From Planctomycetota bacterium (GTDB lineage Bacteria; Planctomycetota; B15-G4; JADJEK01): 64,000 bases of DNA. Each line of letters starts with the position of its first letter. Position 1 is the first letter of the stretch. This document shows, piece by piece, positions 48,510-61,560 of this stretch. Location of the stretch: assembly GCA_016709145.1 (NCBI GenBank), contig JADJEK010000007.1:35630-99629 (forward strand). The letters run 5' to 3'. The notes beneath the pieces were generated by a model. The model had not been told where the DNA came from and did not search any database. It saw only the letters and a program-made list of their open reading frames with translations. Position numbers and translations under genes: made by a program.

Positions 48510-49691
48510 TCATTTCTTGACGAGCAACGCGTCGCCGATCACCGCGCGATCGCCCGAATCGGCGCCGTCGGCGAAGTCGACTTCGACCACGAGTTCGCGC
48601 GCGCCCGCAAGAACGAGCGCGGGCATCTCGACCGCGGGATCGCCGCCGCGCAGGACCGGACTGGTCCACGACGGTGTGCCGTCGACGACGAATCGGAATT
48701 CGATCGAACCCTTCGCATCCAGCGCGAGCACTTCGTCGGACACGCCGACGACGGCCTCGAGACGCTCGTAGCGGCCGTCGAGCGCGTACGTGAGGCGCGT
48801 GCGCGCGTGCAGTCCGAGACCCTTCGTGAACGTCCGACCACCGACGACGAGCTGCGCCCCGGTCACACTTCGATCGCGTTGCCACGGGAACAGGAAGTCG
48901 TTGGCGCCGCCGAAGTACGGCGCCTGCGAGACCGCGGTCGGAGTCAGGTCGCTGAGGTATTCGGCGCGCGCGGCGCCGAGGCGCAGTGCGACCACGTGTT
49001 CGAGGGCGATCGACAGCGAACGCGCGAACACCGTGGCGACCTCGACTCGAGTGCGGTCGAGACCGAGCAGGTCCGCACGCAGCTCGCTGCCGCCCACGGC
49101 GACCAGCGCGACCGCAAGCGCGGGTTGGAACGGAGCCGACTCGTCGACGTGAGCGATGACCACGCGTTCGACGTCGTCCAGCGCGAGCGTCACCGCGCCG
49201 AGATCGCCGTCGACGCGAACGCCCGCGGCCCCCACCGACGTCACGGTTCCGCTCAACGCGTCGCCACTCTTGCGCGTGACGTGATCGAGTTCGTCGTCCG
49301 AGCGTGCGGCGATCGCGGCTCCCCCGCGTGACACCGACCCGACCAAGTCGAGCGGCAGACGCAGCACCCCGAACTCGGTCGTCTCGATCGCGACCTCGTC
49401 CTCATCGGCGGCGGCCAGAGCTCCGACCAGCCGCGAACCATCGACGAGCACGACGTCCCACGCCGCGCTCGCGCGTTCGCGCGGCGCGGAGAACTCGACG
49501 CTGACCACGTCGGTGAGCGGCAGGGTCACGGCTTCGCCACCGGTCAATCGCAAGGCGTCCTTGCCGGCGAGTGCCACGGCCTCGGCGGTCAGCCGACGAC
49601 CGTCGACGCTGCGCACGGTGACTTCCGAAAACGCCGGCTCAGCCACGATCGAGCCGAGCAGGACCACGCCGAACACACGGGAACGAAGCAT
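48510..49691 (-). CDS. Secreted protein with two SH3-like repeats and C-terminal NPCBM/NEW2 carbohydrate-binding module
   Basis: Signal peptide; YLSDL..F.KGLGLHA..LTYALDGRYERLEAVVGV..FVVDG. Confidence 0.82.
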   Translation of the reverse strand: MLRSRVFGVVLLGSIVAEPAFSEVTVRSVDGRRLTAEAVALAGKDALRLTGGEAVTLPLTDVVSVEFSAPRERASAAWDVVLVDGSRLVGALAAADEDEVAIETTEFGVLRLPLDLVGSVSRGGAAIAARSDDELDHVTRKSGDALSGTVTSVGAAGVRVDGDLGAVTLALDDVERVVIAHVDESAPFQPALAVALVAVGGSELRADLLGLDRTRVEVATVFARSLSIALEHVVALRLGAARAEYLSDLTPTAVSQAPYFGGANDFLFPWQRDRSVTGAQLVVGGRTFTKGLGLHARTRLTYALDGRYERLEAVVGVSDEVLALDAKGSIEFRFVVDGTPSWTSPVLRGGDPAVEMPALVLAGARELVVEVDFADGADSGDRAVIGDALLVKK

Positions 49692-49780
49692 CGAAAACCT
49701 CCGGCGACGCCGCCAACACGACATTCTGTCCACCCGACCCCGCGGCCGCCAGCGCCGAGACGACAGCCTGACACACCGAG

Positions 49781-49880
49781 TGCGTCATCCCTAAAATCCT
49801 GCCAATGCGTCACTTGACCACCCTGTGACGCGTTCTGCCGCAGCGCACACGGACCGATCCGTCCCGGCATCGGGTTTGCT
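49781..49880 (+). promoter_or_regulatory. Putative sigma54 (-24/-12) promoter with upstream GCGTCAC-N11-GTGACGC palindrome, ahead of groEL
   Basis: CGGCATCGGGTTTGCT at 49865-49880 has GG and GC at the canonical spacing; inverted repeat at 49807-49831; extra TGCGTCA at 49781. Confidence 0.45.
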
Positions 49881-50012
49881 CGACCTCGCGCGTTCCTTCG
49901 GGAACTCCACAGAACGTCATCCCGCCGGTCACGCGGGGCCCTGGACCCAGAGCCTCTCGCACCGGCGGCCGTCATTCCCAATAGGTCCTCAGATCATCGA
50001 GAGGGAGAGATC

Positions 50013-51687
<1,675 letters not shown>

Positions 51688-51755
51688 TCGACGCCTCGCG
51701 TCGATCCTCTTCCTCACAACACGATCACGATCACAACCAATTCCGAAGGAGTGCG

Positions 51756-52055
51756 ATGGCCATGGTGAACCTCCGACCGCTGGACGACCGCATCGTCGTC
51801 GAAGTGCTCGAAGCCGAAGAGAAGACCGCGGGCGGGATCTTCCTGCCCGACACCGCGAAGGAGAAGCCGCAGCGCGGCAAGGTCGTCGCCGTCGGCGCGG
51901 GCCACCTGAACAAGGACGGCAAGCGCAACGCGATGACGCTCGGCAAGGGCGACGTGGTGATGTTCGGCAAGTACGCCGGTTCCGACGTCGAAGTCGACGG
52001 CAAGGAACTGAAGATCCTGCGCGAGAGCGAAGTGCTCCTGCGCATCGAGAAGTGA
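51756..52055 (+). CDS. groS: Co-chaperonin GroES
   Basis: LRPLDDRIVV..KTAGGIFLPDTAKEKPQRGKVVAVG. Confidence 0.97.
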   Translation: MAMVNLRPLDDRIVVEVLEAEEKTAGGIFLPDTAKEKPQRGKVVAVGAGHLNKDGKRNAMTLGKGDVVMFGKYAGSDVEVDGKELKILRESEVLLRIEK

Positions 52056-53672
<1,617 letters not shown>

Positions 53673-53681
53673 TCGTCTTGA

Positions 53682-53738
53682 GCGCGGAGCGCGTGCCGCA
53701 GGACTTCCCACACGGAAGCCGCGGCACGCGCTCCGCGC
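53682..53738. other. Long intercistronic hairpin between groEL2 and dnaJ
   Basis: Perfect 18-bp stem gcgcggagcgcgtgccgc/gcggcacgcgctccgcgc enclosing a cttcc/ggaag stem; no U tract. Confidence 0.75.
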
Positions 53739-53769
53739 GTTCCCACCGACTCCACGCGAGGACGCTGCG

Positions 53770-54933
53770 ATGGCGGGCAAGCGCGATTACTACGAAGTGC
53801 TCGAGGTGTCCCGCGAGGCCAGCGCGGACGACATCAAGCGCTCCTACCGCAAGCTCGCGCTCAAGTACCACCCGGACCGCAACCCCGGCAACGCCGAGGC
53901 CGAGACCAAGTTCAAGGAAGCGGCCGAGGCTTACGAAGTCCTGTCCGACGAGCAGAAGAAGAAGATCTACGACCAGTTCGGCCACGCCGGGCTCGACGGT
54001 CAGGGCATGGGCGGCGGAGCGCGTGGGTTCTCGAGTTTCGAGGACATCTTCCGCCAGTTCTCCGACGTGTTCGGCGGCGGTGGCGGCGGCGGCGGCTCAC
54101 CCTTCGACGATCTGTTCGGCGGACGCGGCCGGCGCGGCGGCGGCGGCAGACCGCAACCCGAGCGCGGACCGTCGCTGAAGTGCCAGATCACGCTGACGCT
54201 CGACGAAGTCGAGCGCGGCGCCGAGAAGACGATCGAGCTGCGACGCAACGAACTGTGCGAAGCGTGCAGCGGCAGCGGCGCGAAGTCGGGATCGCAACCG
54301 ATCACGTGCCCGGATTGCGGCGGCTTCGGCCAGGTGCAGGTTTCCCAAGGCTTCTTCGCGATCCGCCAGACGTGCGGGCGCTGCCGCGGCGAAGGCACGA
54401 TCATCCAGAACCCGTGCGGTACGTGCCGTGGCTCGGGCCGGCAGCCGAAGAAGCGCGAGATCACGGTCCACATCCCCGCGGGCGTGCCGGAAGGCGCGCA
54501 GTTGCGCGTCACCGGCGAAGGCGAGCCCGGCAAGAACGGCGGCCCGCGCGGCGACCTCTACTGCTTCGTCCAGATCGCCGAACACGCGATCTTCCAGCGC
54601 GAAGAGAACGACCTGGTCTGCGACATGCCGATCTCGTTCTCGCAAGCCGCGCTCGGCGCCGACGTCGACGTGCCGAGCTTGCGTGGCAAGAACACCCTGA
54701 AGATCCCGCGCGGCACGAACAGCGGGAAGGTGTTCCGCATGAAGGGTCTCGGCCTGCCGTCGGTGAACGGCCACGGCCGCGGCGACCTGCTCGTGCGCGT
54801 GAACATCGAAGTGCCGAAGAAACTCGCACCGAAGCAGGAGGAACTCCTGCGCGAATTCGCGAAGACCGAAGAGCACCAAGTCGGGCCGGAGCGCAAAGGC
54901 TGGCTCGACAAGGTCAAGGAACTGTTCGACTGA
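53770..54933 (+). CDS. dnaJ: Chaperone DnaJ
   Basis: J-domain with HPD, G/F region, four CxxCxGxG repeats. Confidence 0.97.
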   Translation: MAGKRDYYEVLEVSREASADDIKRSYRKLALKYHPDRNPGNAEAETKFKEAAEAYEVLSDEQKKKIYDQFGHAGLDGQGMGGGARGFSSFEDIFRQFSDVFGGGGGGGGSPFDDLFGGRGRRGGGGRPQPERGPSLKCQITLTLDEVERGAEKTIELRRNELCEACSGSGAKSGSQPITCPDCGGFGQVQVSQGFFAIRQTCGRCRGEGTIIQNPCGTCRGSGRQPKKREITVHIPAGVPEGAQLRVTGEGEPGKNGGPRGDLYCFVQIAEHAIFQREENDLVCDMPISFSQAALGADVDVPSLRGKNTLKIPRGTNSGKVFRMKGLGLPSVNGHGRGDLLVRVNIEVPKKLAPKQEELLREFAKTEEHQVGPERKGWLDKVKELFD

Positions 54934-54959
54934 TCGCCCCACCCGATCGAGGCTCTGCC

Positions 54960-55538
54960 ATGACGAAATCCAAGCGACCCGACGAAGCTCGCGACGATGC
55001 GCTCGAGGGCGAGTCCGCGCTCGAACCGATCGTCGCCGATCTGGAGAAGCGACTGGCCGACGCGCAGACCGTCGCCAACGACTGGAAGCACAAGCACGAC
55101 GAGGCGCACGAGAAGTTCGCGCGCACGCTCGCCGAGGCCGACAACGCGCGCAAGCGCGGCCTGCGCGAGATCGAATCGGCGCGTCTCTACGCCGCCGAGC
55201 GCATCGCGAAGGAACTGCTGCAAGTCACCGACAACTTGCGTCGCGCGCTCGAGGGCGTGCCGGACGAACAAGCCGACACCGGACTCGCGGTCGGCGTGAA
55301 AATGGTCGAGGACCAGTTGGTGTCCGTGTTGGCCAATCACGGCGTCAAGCCGATGGAAACGCTCGGCCAACCGTTCGACCCGAACTTCCACGAAGCGATC
55401 GCGGCCGAAGAACGCGACGACGTCGCGCCGAACACGGTCATCGACGAACTCGTGCGCGGCTGGAAGATCCACGATCGCCTGCTGCGCGCGGCGATGGTCC
55501 GCGTGTCCAAGACGCCGACCGCCTCGAAGGGGAGTTGA
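54960..55538 (+). CDS. grpE: Nucleotide exchange factor GrpE
   Basis: A(E)ADNARKR, ELLQVTDNL, FDPNFHEA, GWKIHDRLLRAAMV. Confidence 0.93.
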   Translation: MTKSKRPDEARDDALEGESALEPIVADLEKRLADAQTVANDWKHKHDEAHEKFARTLAEADNARKRGLREIESARLYAAERIAKELLQVTDNLRRALEGVPDEQADTGLAVGVKMVEDQLVSVLANHGVKPMETLGQPFDPNFHEAIAAEERDDVAPNTVIDELVRGWKIHDRLLRAAMVRVSKTPTASKGS

Positions 55539-55540
55539 TC

Positions 55541-55903
55541 GTGCCGACCTACGACTACGAATGCTCGGCCTGCGGCGCGCGCTTCGAGGCCTTCCAGAGC
55601 ATCAAGGACAAGCCGCTCACGACCTGCGAGAAGTGCGGCAAGAAGAAGATCCGTCGCCTGATCGGCGCCGGCGCCGGCCTGATCTTCAAAGGCAGCGGCT
55701 TCTACATCACGGACTACCGCGGCAAGGACTACGGCGAGGCCGCGAAGAAGGACGCCGCTCCGAGCACCGAATCGAAACCCGCGGACGCCAAGTCCGGCGA
55801 CGCCAAGGCAGCGGAACCGAAGGCCAGCTCCGACGGCTCGTCGACCAAGTCCTCAACGCCCGCCGCCAAACCTGCCGAAAAGCGGAAGACCAAAAAGACC
55901 TGA
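55541..55903 (+). CDS. FmdB-family zinc-ribbon protein with low-complexity tail
   Basis: MPTYDYECSAC...CEKCG...FKGSGFYITDY. Confidence 0.9.
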   Translation: MPTYDYECSACGARFEAFQSIKDKPLTTCEKCGKKKIRRLIGAGAGLIFKGSGFYITDYRGKDYGEAAKKDAAPSTESKPADAKSGDAKAAEPKASSDGSSTKSSTPAAKPAEKRKTKKT

Positions 55904-55948
55904 GCCGAACGGGCGGATCGACCGACCCGCGTGCTATCCGTGGATCCC

Positions 55949-57079
55949 ATGTCCGACCCGACCCAATCCAAGATCGATCGCGAACTCGACAACGAGGTCC
56001 TGCTGTCCGCGGACCTCGCGACGCACGCGACCGTCTGGAAGAGTCGACCCACGCGCCTCGAGTTCAGCTTCAACAACCTCTGCAACTTGAAGTGCGTGAT
56101 GTGCGCGAAGTCCGACGACGAGCCCAACTGGGTGCTCGACGAGGCCGTCGGCGTCAAGTTCCTCGACGACGTGCTGCCCTGGACGCTGCACTGGACGCCG
56201 TCGGCGAACTCGGAACCGCTGCTGAACGACATCACGCTGGTGTCCGAACTCGCGCACAAGCACCTGGTCTGGCTGCATCTGTTCAGCAACGGCACGCTGC
56301 TGACGATCGAGCGCTACGAGAAGATCAAGGACCGCCTGCACAAGCTGTGGATCTCGCTCGACGCGGCGACGAAGGAAACGTTCGAAGCGATCCGCGTCCC
56401 GGCGAAGTGGGAGCCGGTCATGGCCAACGTCGAGGCCGTGTTGCCGCGCGCGCTGAAGGATGGCGTCGAAGTCACGTTCAACTTCGTGCTGCAGACGAAG
56501 AACTACCGCGAGGCCGCGGCGTTCGTCGACCTCGTCGCCGATCTCGGCGGCAAGGCCTGCAACATCCAGGAACTGCTGCCGAACAGTTCGACCTTCCACG
56601 ACCTGAAGTGGGAAGGCCACGTGTCCGAGGCCGACCTCGCCGCGGCGCTGAATGCGGCGCGTGAACGCGCGGCCGCGCGTTGCGTCGACCTCACGCTCGA
56701 GCTGCGTCCGCCGTTCCACGCGAAGGACTACCACAACCCTCCCACCGACGCGTTCAAGGCGCCGCTGGCCGAGTTGCGCTTGCGCCATTCGGACGCGATC
56801 GCGCGCTTGTTCCCGAGCTTCTGCTCGATGGCGACGACGTACCTGAAGGTCTCCCCCGACGGCGCGGTGTTCCCGTGCTGCCGCGGCCCCGACGAGTTGA
56901 AGATGGGCGACGCGACCAAGCAGTCGTTCGAGGAGATCTGGAACGGCCCGAAGTACCGAGCGTTCCGCAAAGCGATGTTCGAGGGCAACTACCCCGAACC
57001 GTGCGCGAACTGCTACGTGCTCGTCGGCAACCCCGCGTACCAGCGCATGAAGGCGGCCGGCGGCCGCGCGAGCACCTGA
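55949..57079 (+). CDS. Radical SAM protein with SPASM/twitch domain
   Basis: CNLKCVMC; SEPLL; C-terminal C..DGAVFPCC..SFEEIWNG..CANC. Confidence 0.88.
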   Translation: MSDPTQSKIDRELDNEVLLSADLATHATVWKSRPTRLEFSFNNLCNLKCVMCAKSDDEPNWVLDEAVGVKFLDDVLPWTLHWTPSANSEPLLNDITLVSELAHKHLVWLHLFSNGTLLTIERYEKIKDRLHKLWISLDAATKETFEAIRVPAKWEPVMANVEAVLPRALKDGVEVTFNFVLQTKNYREAAAFVDLVADLGGKACNIQELLPNSSTFHDLKWEGHVSEADLAAALNAARERAAARCVDLTLELRPPFHAKDYHNPPTDAFKAPLAELRLRHSDAIARLFPSFCSMATTYLKVSPDGAVFPCCRGPDELKMGDATKQSFEEIWNGPKYRAFRKAMFEGNYPEPCANCYVLVGNPAYQRMKAAGGRAST

Positions 57080-57085
57080 CTCGAA

Positions 57086-57313
57086 TTACGCGTTCTTGAG
57101 CCCACGAGCCTTCGCGTCGGCCATCAGCTTCGCGGTCGCGGAGTCGTCGAGGCGTTCGGCTTCGTCGATCAACATCACCGGAATGCCGTCCTGGATCGGG
57201 TACTTGAGTCGCGACTTCGGACAGAACAGGAAGCCCTCGGCCTCGAAGTAGACCAGCGGCGCCTTCGATTCGGGGCAGGCGAGGATGTCGAGGAGTTCCG
57301 GATCGAGGGCCAT
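57086..57313 (-). CDS. Trm112/YcaR (UPF0434) family protein
   Basis: LDPELLDILACPESKAPL..YPIQDGIPVMLIDEA. Confidence 0.9.
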   Translation of the reverse strand: MALDPELLDILACPESKAPLVYFEAEGFLFCPKSRLKYPIQDGIPVMLIDEAERLDDSATAKLMADAKARGLKNA

Positions 57314-57408
57314 GGCGAGCTTCCGTTCGTGTGGATCGGGGCGGGAGCTTGCAGCAGCGCGCTCGCGCCGTCAACCGCTTGTGCGAGCTGCCCGACCCGC
57401 GCGCTCCA

Positions 57409-58614
57409 TCACGCGAGGCAGCGCAACGGCTCGTGCGCTTCGCCGAGCACCACGCGCGCATCGCCGCCGAGCCACGGCCCGATGGCCGTGGCGTAGACCC
57501 GGCGGAAGTCGGTCGTGAACTTCAAGTCGCCGTTGTCGTCGAGGCGATCGAGCGCGGGTCGGGCGCCGTAGAGGCCGCTTTTCACGCCGCCGCCGAGCAG
57601 GAACGCGAGCCCCGCCGCCCCATGATCGGTGCCGCCGGAAGCGTTGGCCGCGACGCGCCGACCGAACTCGGAGTAGCCGACGACGAGCACGCGATCGGCG
57701 AGGCGCGCGGCCTCGAGATCCGAGTGGAACGCGTGCAGTGCGTCGCCGAGTTCGGCGAGCAATCGCTGCTGCCGCGCGCGCTGACCGTTGTGCGTGTCGA
57801 AGCCGCCGAGCTGCAGCGAGAACACGCGCGTCGACACACCACCCGCGATCAGCGCGGCCACGGTGCGGAGGTCGCTCGCGAGCGCGCTGCTCGGGTACTT
57901 GGCCGACGGCACGTAGTCCGCGACCGCCTTGCGCACGACGTCGGACGATGCGCGCGCATCGAGATACGCACGGCGCAGGAATGCACGCGCGCGTTCCGAC
58001 ACTTGCGTCGAACTGACGGCCGAGTCGAGCGTCTTGGTCTCGTCGCCGGCCGCGACCAGGCGGTAGTCGGCGGGCTTCGCGAACGCAACCGCGCGATGCT
58101 CGCCGCCGTCGCACGAGAACGGCACCCGCGCACCGAGCGCGACGAGCAGGTTCGGATCGTCGACGTCGGCGGCGAGATGGTCGACCAAGCGCGCGAGCCA
58201 ACCACTGCCGCCGCGGCGACCATCGAGCCGACCGGCGTGCCAGACGTCCATCGACAGGAAATGCGAACGGATCGGTTCCGGGTACCCGACGCCTTCGACC
58301 CACGCCAACGCGCCGGCGTCGTGGATCGCCTTCAATCCCGTCAGCGCCGGATGCAGCCCGACCTCGTCGTCGATGCGCAGCAGTTCCTGCGACGTCAGTG
58401 CGAGACTGCCGCGAGCTTCCGCGTAGGCATCGTGTGCGTACGGCACGAGCACGTTCAGACCATCGTTGCCGCCGGCGAGCTCCAGCATCACCAGGACGCG
58501 TCCGGAGTCGGGACGCGGCGGAGCGTGACCGAACGCGGCACGCGCACAGACCGCGGATGCGGTGACGGCGGCGGTCGTCTGCAGGAATCGGCGACGGTCG
58601 ATCGGTGCGTCCAT
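57409..58614 (-). CDS. DUF1501 family protein, Tat-exported
   Basis: DRRRFL twin-arginine motif; LELAGGNDGLN, SHFLSMDVW, GGFDTH, SEFGRR, GTDHG. Confidence 0.9.
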   Translation of the reverse strand: MDAPIDRRRFLQTTAAVTASAVCARAAFGHAPPRPDSGRVLVMLELAGGNDGLNVLVPYAHDAYAEARGSLALTSQELLRIDDEVGLHPALTGLKAIHDAGALAWVEGVGYPEPIRSHFLSMDVWHAGRLDGRRGGSGWLARLVDHLAADVDDPNLLVALGARVPFSCDGGEHRAVAFAKPADYRLVAAGDETKTLDSAVSSTQVSERARAFLRRAYLDARASSDVVRKAVADYVPSAKYPSSALASDLRTVAALIAGGVSTRVFSLQLGGFDTHNGQRARQQRLLAELGDALHAFHSDLEAARLADRVLVVGYSEFGRRVAANASGGTDHGAAGLAFLLGGGVKSGLYGARPALDRLDDNGDLKFTTDFRRVYATAIGPWLGGDARVVLGEAHEPLRCLA

Positions 58615-58662
58615 GGCTCGCTCCTCCACGGCGATCGCTCGCGCGATCACGGTCCTGGTCGT

Positions 58663-60219
58663 TCAGTTCAGTTGGTACTCGGGCAGGCACAGCACGAGAT
58701 GCACCGCGTCGCGGACTCGATCGCGCGTCTCCTCGTCGTTCAGGTCGAACGCGTCGTCGCCGTGCGGCGCGATGAACCACTGGAGTTCCGCAACGGTCGA
58801 CGCATACGGAGCGACGGGCAAGAAGCGGTCGCACAGCGCGCGAATCGCCGCGTTCGACGTGCGCGCGGAGCCGCACAACGCCACCGGATCGAGCTTCGAA
58901 TCCCAGCGCCGCAGTCGCTTCACGGCGCGCGCGAAGGCGTCGTTGCGCCGCTTCGCTTCGTTCGCCGCACCGTCCTCGGCGTCGTCCTGCGCCACCCTCA
59001 TCGCGTCGTCGACCATCGCTTCGGCTTCGCGCACGCCGACCGAGCCATGCACGAGGATGCGCGCGACGTTCGCTCGATTCAGGATCGACGCGGTGTTGAA
59101 CCACGTCTCGCCGCCCTCCCAGCCCTTCACGTTGGGCGGGAACAACAGCGATTGCCCGAGGTGCTCGGCCGCGAGCGCGAGGAACGGAGGCGGCGGCGGA
59201 TCGAGTTCGAGCCGTCGCACCGTCGAGGCCATGAACTCGACCGGGCTCTTGAACAACGCGCCCTGCGCGCTCGGCGCGGAGAACGCGTCGGACAAGAAGA
59301 TGGCCCGCAGCAGCGTCCGCACGTCGTATCGAGCCGCGCGGAACGTGCGCGCGAACGTCTCGATCGACGCCGTGTCGACGCCGGGGCCGACGTAGAACTC
59401 GACGAACTTCGCCGCCACGAAGCGCGCCGTCGCGTCCTGGTCGAGCACGATGTCGAGCACGTCGGCGCCGTCGAACTTGCCGGTCTTGCCGAGGAACGTC
59501 TTCTCGGCCCGATCGTGCCGGGCCTTCACGAACGTCGCTTCGCCGTCCTTCGCGACCCAGCCCGTGAACGCGCGCGCGGCTTCCTTGATGTCGGCCTCGG
59601 TGTAGTGACCGGGCCCCATCGAGAACAGCTCGAGCACCTCGCGCGCGAAGTTCTCGTTCGGGTGCTGTTTGCGGTTCTTGTCGTTGTTCAGGTACTTGAG
59701 CATCGCCGGATCGGTCGCGATCGCATGCAGCAGGTCGGCGTAGCTCGTCATGCCGTGCTCGCGAAAACGTTCGATCTGACCGATCATCGCGTCGGCGTCA
59801 CGCACGTCGCGCTGCGAGGACGTGAAGAATCCGTGCCAGAACAGCGCGAGCTTCTCGCGCACGGGATCGTCGCCCTGCGCCATCTCGCGCATCCAGAAGT
59901 CGCGATAGCGCTCGATGCGCAGACGCTCGTCGCGGGCGCGCTCGCGCCGGAACGCTCGACGCTCCTCTTCGGTCGCGAAGGCGCGTTCGAGAAACGATGG
60001 ATCGTCCGCGGGTGGACTCGGATCGTCGAACGCGACGAACGATCCCGGGTCGAGCAACGCATCGACGGCCGCCTCGCGGCCCAACGCGTGGATGCGCGCG
60101 ATCTCCTGCGGTGTCGCACCGAAACCGGCCCGATCGAGCAGATGGCGCGCTTCCGCGAGCGTCCAGTCCGGATCGGCGGTGCAGGCCAGCGTCCACAACG
60201 CGACGTGCGCAAGACCCAT
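58663..60219 (-). CDS. DUF1800 family protein
   Basis: ARHLLDRAGFG, EKLALFWHGFF, DPAMLKYL, NENFAREVLELFSMG, YTEADIKEAARAFTGW, PPNVKGW. Confidence 0.92.
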   Translation of the reverse strand: MGLAHVALWTLACTADPDWTLAEARHLLDRAGFGATPQEIARIHALGREAAVDALLDPGSFVAFDDPSPPADDPSFLERAFATEEERRAFRRERARDERLRIERYRDFWMREMAQGDDPVREKLALFWHGFFTSSQRDVRDADAMIGQIERFREHGMTSYADLLHAIATDPAMLKYLNNDKNRKQHPNENFAREVLELFSMGPGHYTEADIKEAARAFTGWVAKDGEATFVKARHDRAEKTFLGKTGKFDGADVLDIVLDQDATARFVAAKFVEFYVGPGVDTASIETFARTFRAARYDVRTLLRAIFLSDAFSAPSAQGALFKSPVEFMASTVRRLELDPPPPPFLALAAEHLGQSLLFPPNVKGWEGGETWFNTASILNRANVARILVHGSVGVREAEAMVDDAMRVAQDDAEDGAANEAKRRNDAFARAVKRLRRWDSKLDPVALCGSARTSNAAIRALCDRFLPVAPYASTVAELQWFIAPHGDDAFDLNDEETRDRVRDAVHLVLCLPEYQLN

Positions 60220-60334
60220 CGAGATCGCCTCCCGCGACGGTCGAAGCGACCGCCGCCCGCATTGAACCATCGACGAGCGGCCGGGTTGCGCGACGTTCTC
60301 GATTCAGGCCGCCGGTCGCGCCCCCCGAACACGG

Positions 60335-60372
60335 ACTTGCCCCACGCGCTGCGAACAGCGCGTGGGGCAAGT
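60335..60372. terminator. Perfect 17-bp hairpin downstream of the ECF operon
   Basis: acttgccccacgcgctg-cgaa-cagcgcgtggggcaagt (UUCG loop on the minus strand); no U tract. Confidence 0.6.
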
Positions 60373-60395
60373 TCCCACGGGAGACGAGTCAGCAA

Positions 60396-61490
60396 TCAGC
60401 GCAGCGTGGCTTGCGACGTCGGCCCCGCGATGACGGCGAACCAGCCGCCGACAAGGCCAGTCGCCTGGCGCTCCATCGACCCCAGCTCGGCGCGCGCGAA
60501 CGTGAGCTGCCGTTCCGCAGTCTCGAGTTCGCTCCAGATCTGCGCGTACTCGCCAGCGATCAACGTCAGCTTGGCGATCTCGGCTTCGTACTCGCCGATC
60601 GTCTTGCGCATCAGGTCGCGTCGCGTCGAGTCGCGCGCCAGGTCACCCTCGACCAAGTAGAGCTTGTGTTCGACCTCCGCATAGCGGTCGTTTTGCACCT
60701 GCCTGCGGGCCTTGCTGCGATCTTCCAGCAGTCGACGCACCTCCGCGACCTTCGCGCTCGACAGCTTGGTTTCCTCGTGATCGGCACCGCTCTTCACGAG
60801 GATCTGTGCGTGCTGTTGCTCGAGCTCGTCGAGCTGCTTCGACAGCATGCGCGTCTCTCCGGTGCTGACGTCGACGGTCTGTTCGACCGTCGCGGGCAAG
60901 CGCTGGAGTTGGGCGCGGAGGTAGTCGACGCGGGCCACGTTCTCGGCCACCGTCATCTCGAGCTGCGCCAGTTCGGCGGTTCGATTCGACAGGTGCGACT
61001 GCAGCATGCCGACGCGCTGGCTCGGATCGATCGCGCCGTGGTCCGCGATGAACTTCTTCTGCGCGGCTCGGATCTGAGCGAGCGCGACCTCGGCTTGCTG
61101 GAGCATGGCGCGGGCCCGTTCGACCTGGTCCCGTCGCGCGCGATACTGTCCAGGCTCGAACCGTCGCAGGTGTTCGATCACCTGCGTGAGGCCCGAGTCC
61201 ACGGCATCGCGCTCGTTGCCTGACGCGCAGATCACGAGGAGTTCCTGGCCCGCGGTCGACACCTGGAGCACGACGCGATCCGTACCGGTGTACGCCGACG
61301 CCGCCGAGTTCGGCACGAGGTTCGGCGCGATCGAGCCGAGCATGTCGCGAAGATCGAGATAGCTCGCGACGCTGTTCGCGGACTCTCCGGACTCGGCGCG
61401 GACTTGCAGCGTGACGCGCGACTGATACGCCGGCGGCGCGGTCGGACTCTGCAGCAACGATGACGCGACGACGAGCATGGACATCAACAT
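60396..61490 (-). CDS. Exported long coiled-coil protein (Wzz/GumC periplasmic-domain-like)
   Basis: GGAGG RBS, short signal-like N-terminus, about 250 aa of heptads, no C-terminal TM. Confidence 0.65.
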   Translation of the reverse strand: MLMSMLVVASSLLQSPTAPPAYQSRVTLQVRAESGESANSVASYLDLRDMLGSIAPNLVPNSAASAYTGTDRVVLQVSTAGQELLVICASGNERDAVDSGLTQVIEHLRRFEPGQYRARRDQVERARAMLQQAEVALAQIRAAQKKFIADHGAIDPSQRVGMLQSHLSNRTAELAQLEMTVAENVARVDYLRAQLQRLPATVEQTVDVSTGETRMLSKQLDELEQQHAQILVKSGADHEETKLSSAKVAEVRRLLEDRSKARRQVQNDRYAEVEHKLYLVEGDLARDSTRRDLMRKTIGEYEAEIAKLTLIAGEYAQIWSELETAERQLTFARAELGSMERQATGLVGGWFAVIAGPTSQATLR

Positions 61491-61560
61491 CGGGACCTCC
61501 CTTTCGGAGCGGTACTTCCTGACAACGAGTGGGTGCGAACGAGTCACGAAGAACGATGGA

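Noticed and set aside
49789-49805. Minus-strand sigma54-like motif TGGCAGGATTTTAGG upstream of the NPCBM gene
   Set aside because: Lacks the invariant GC at -12.
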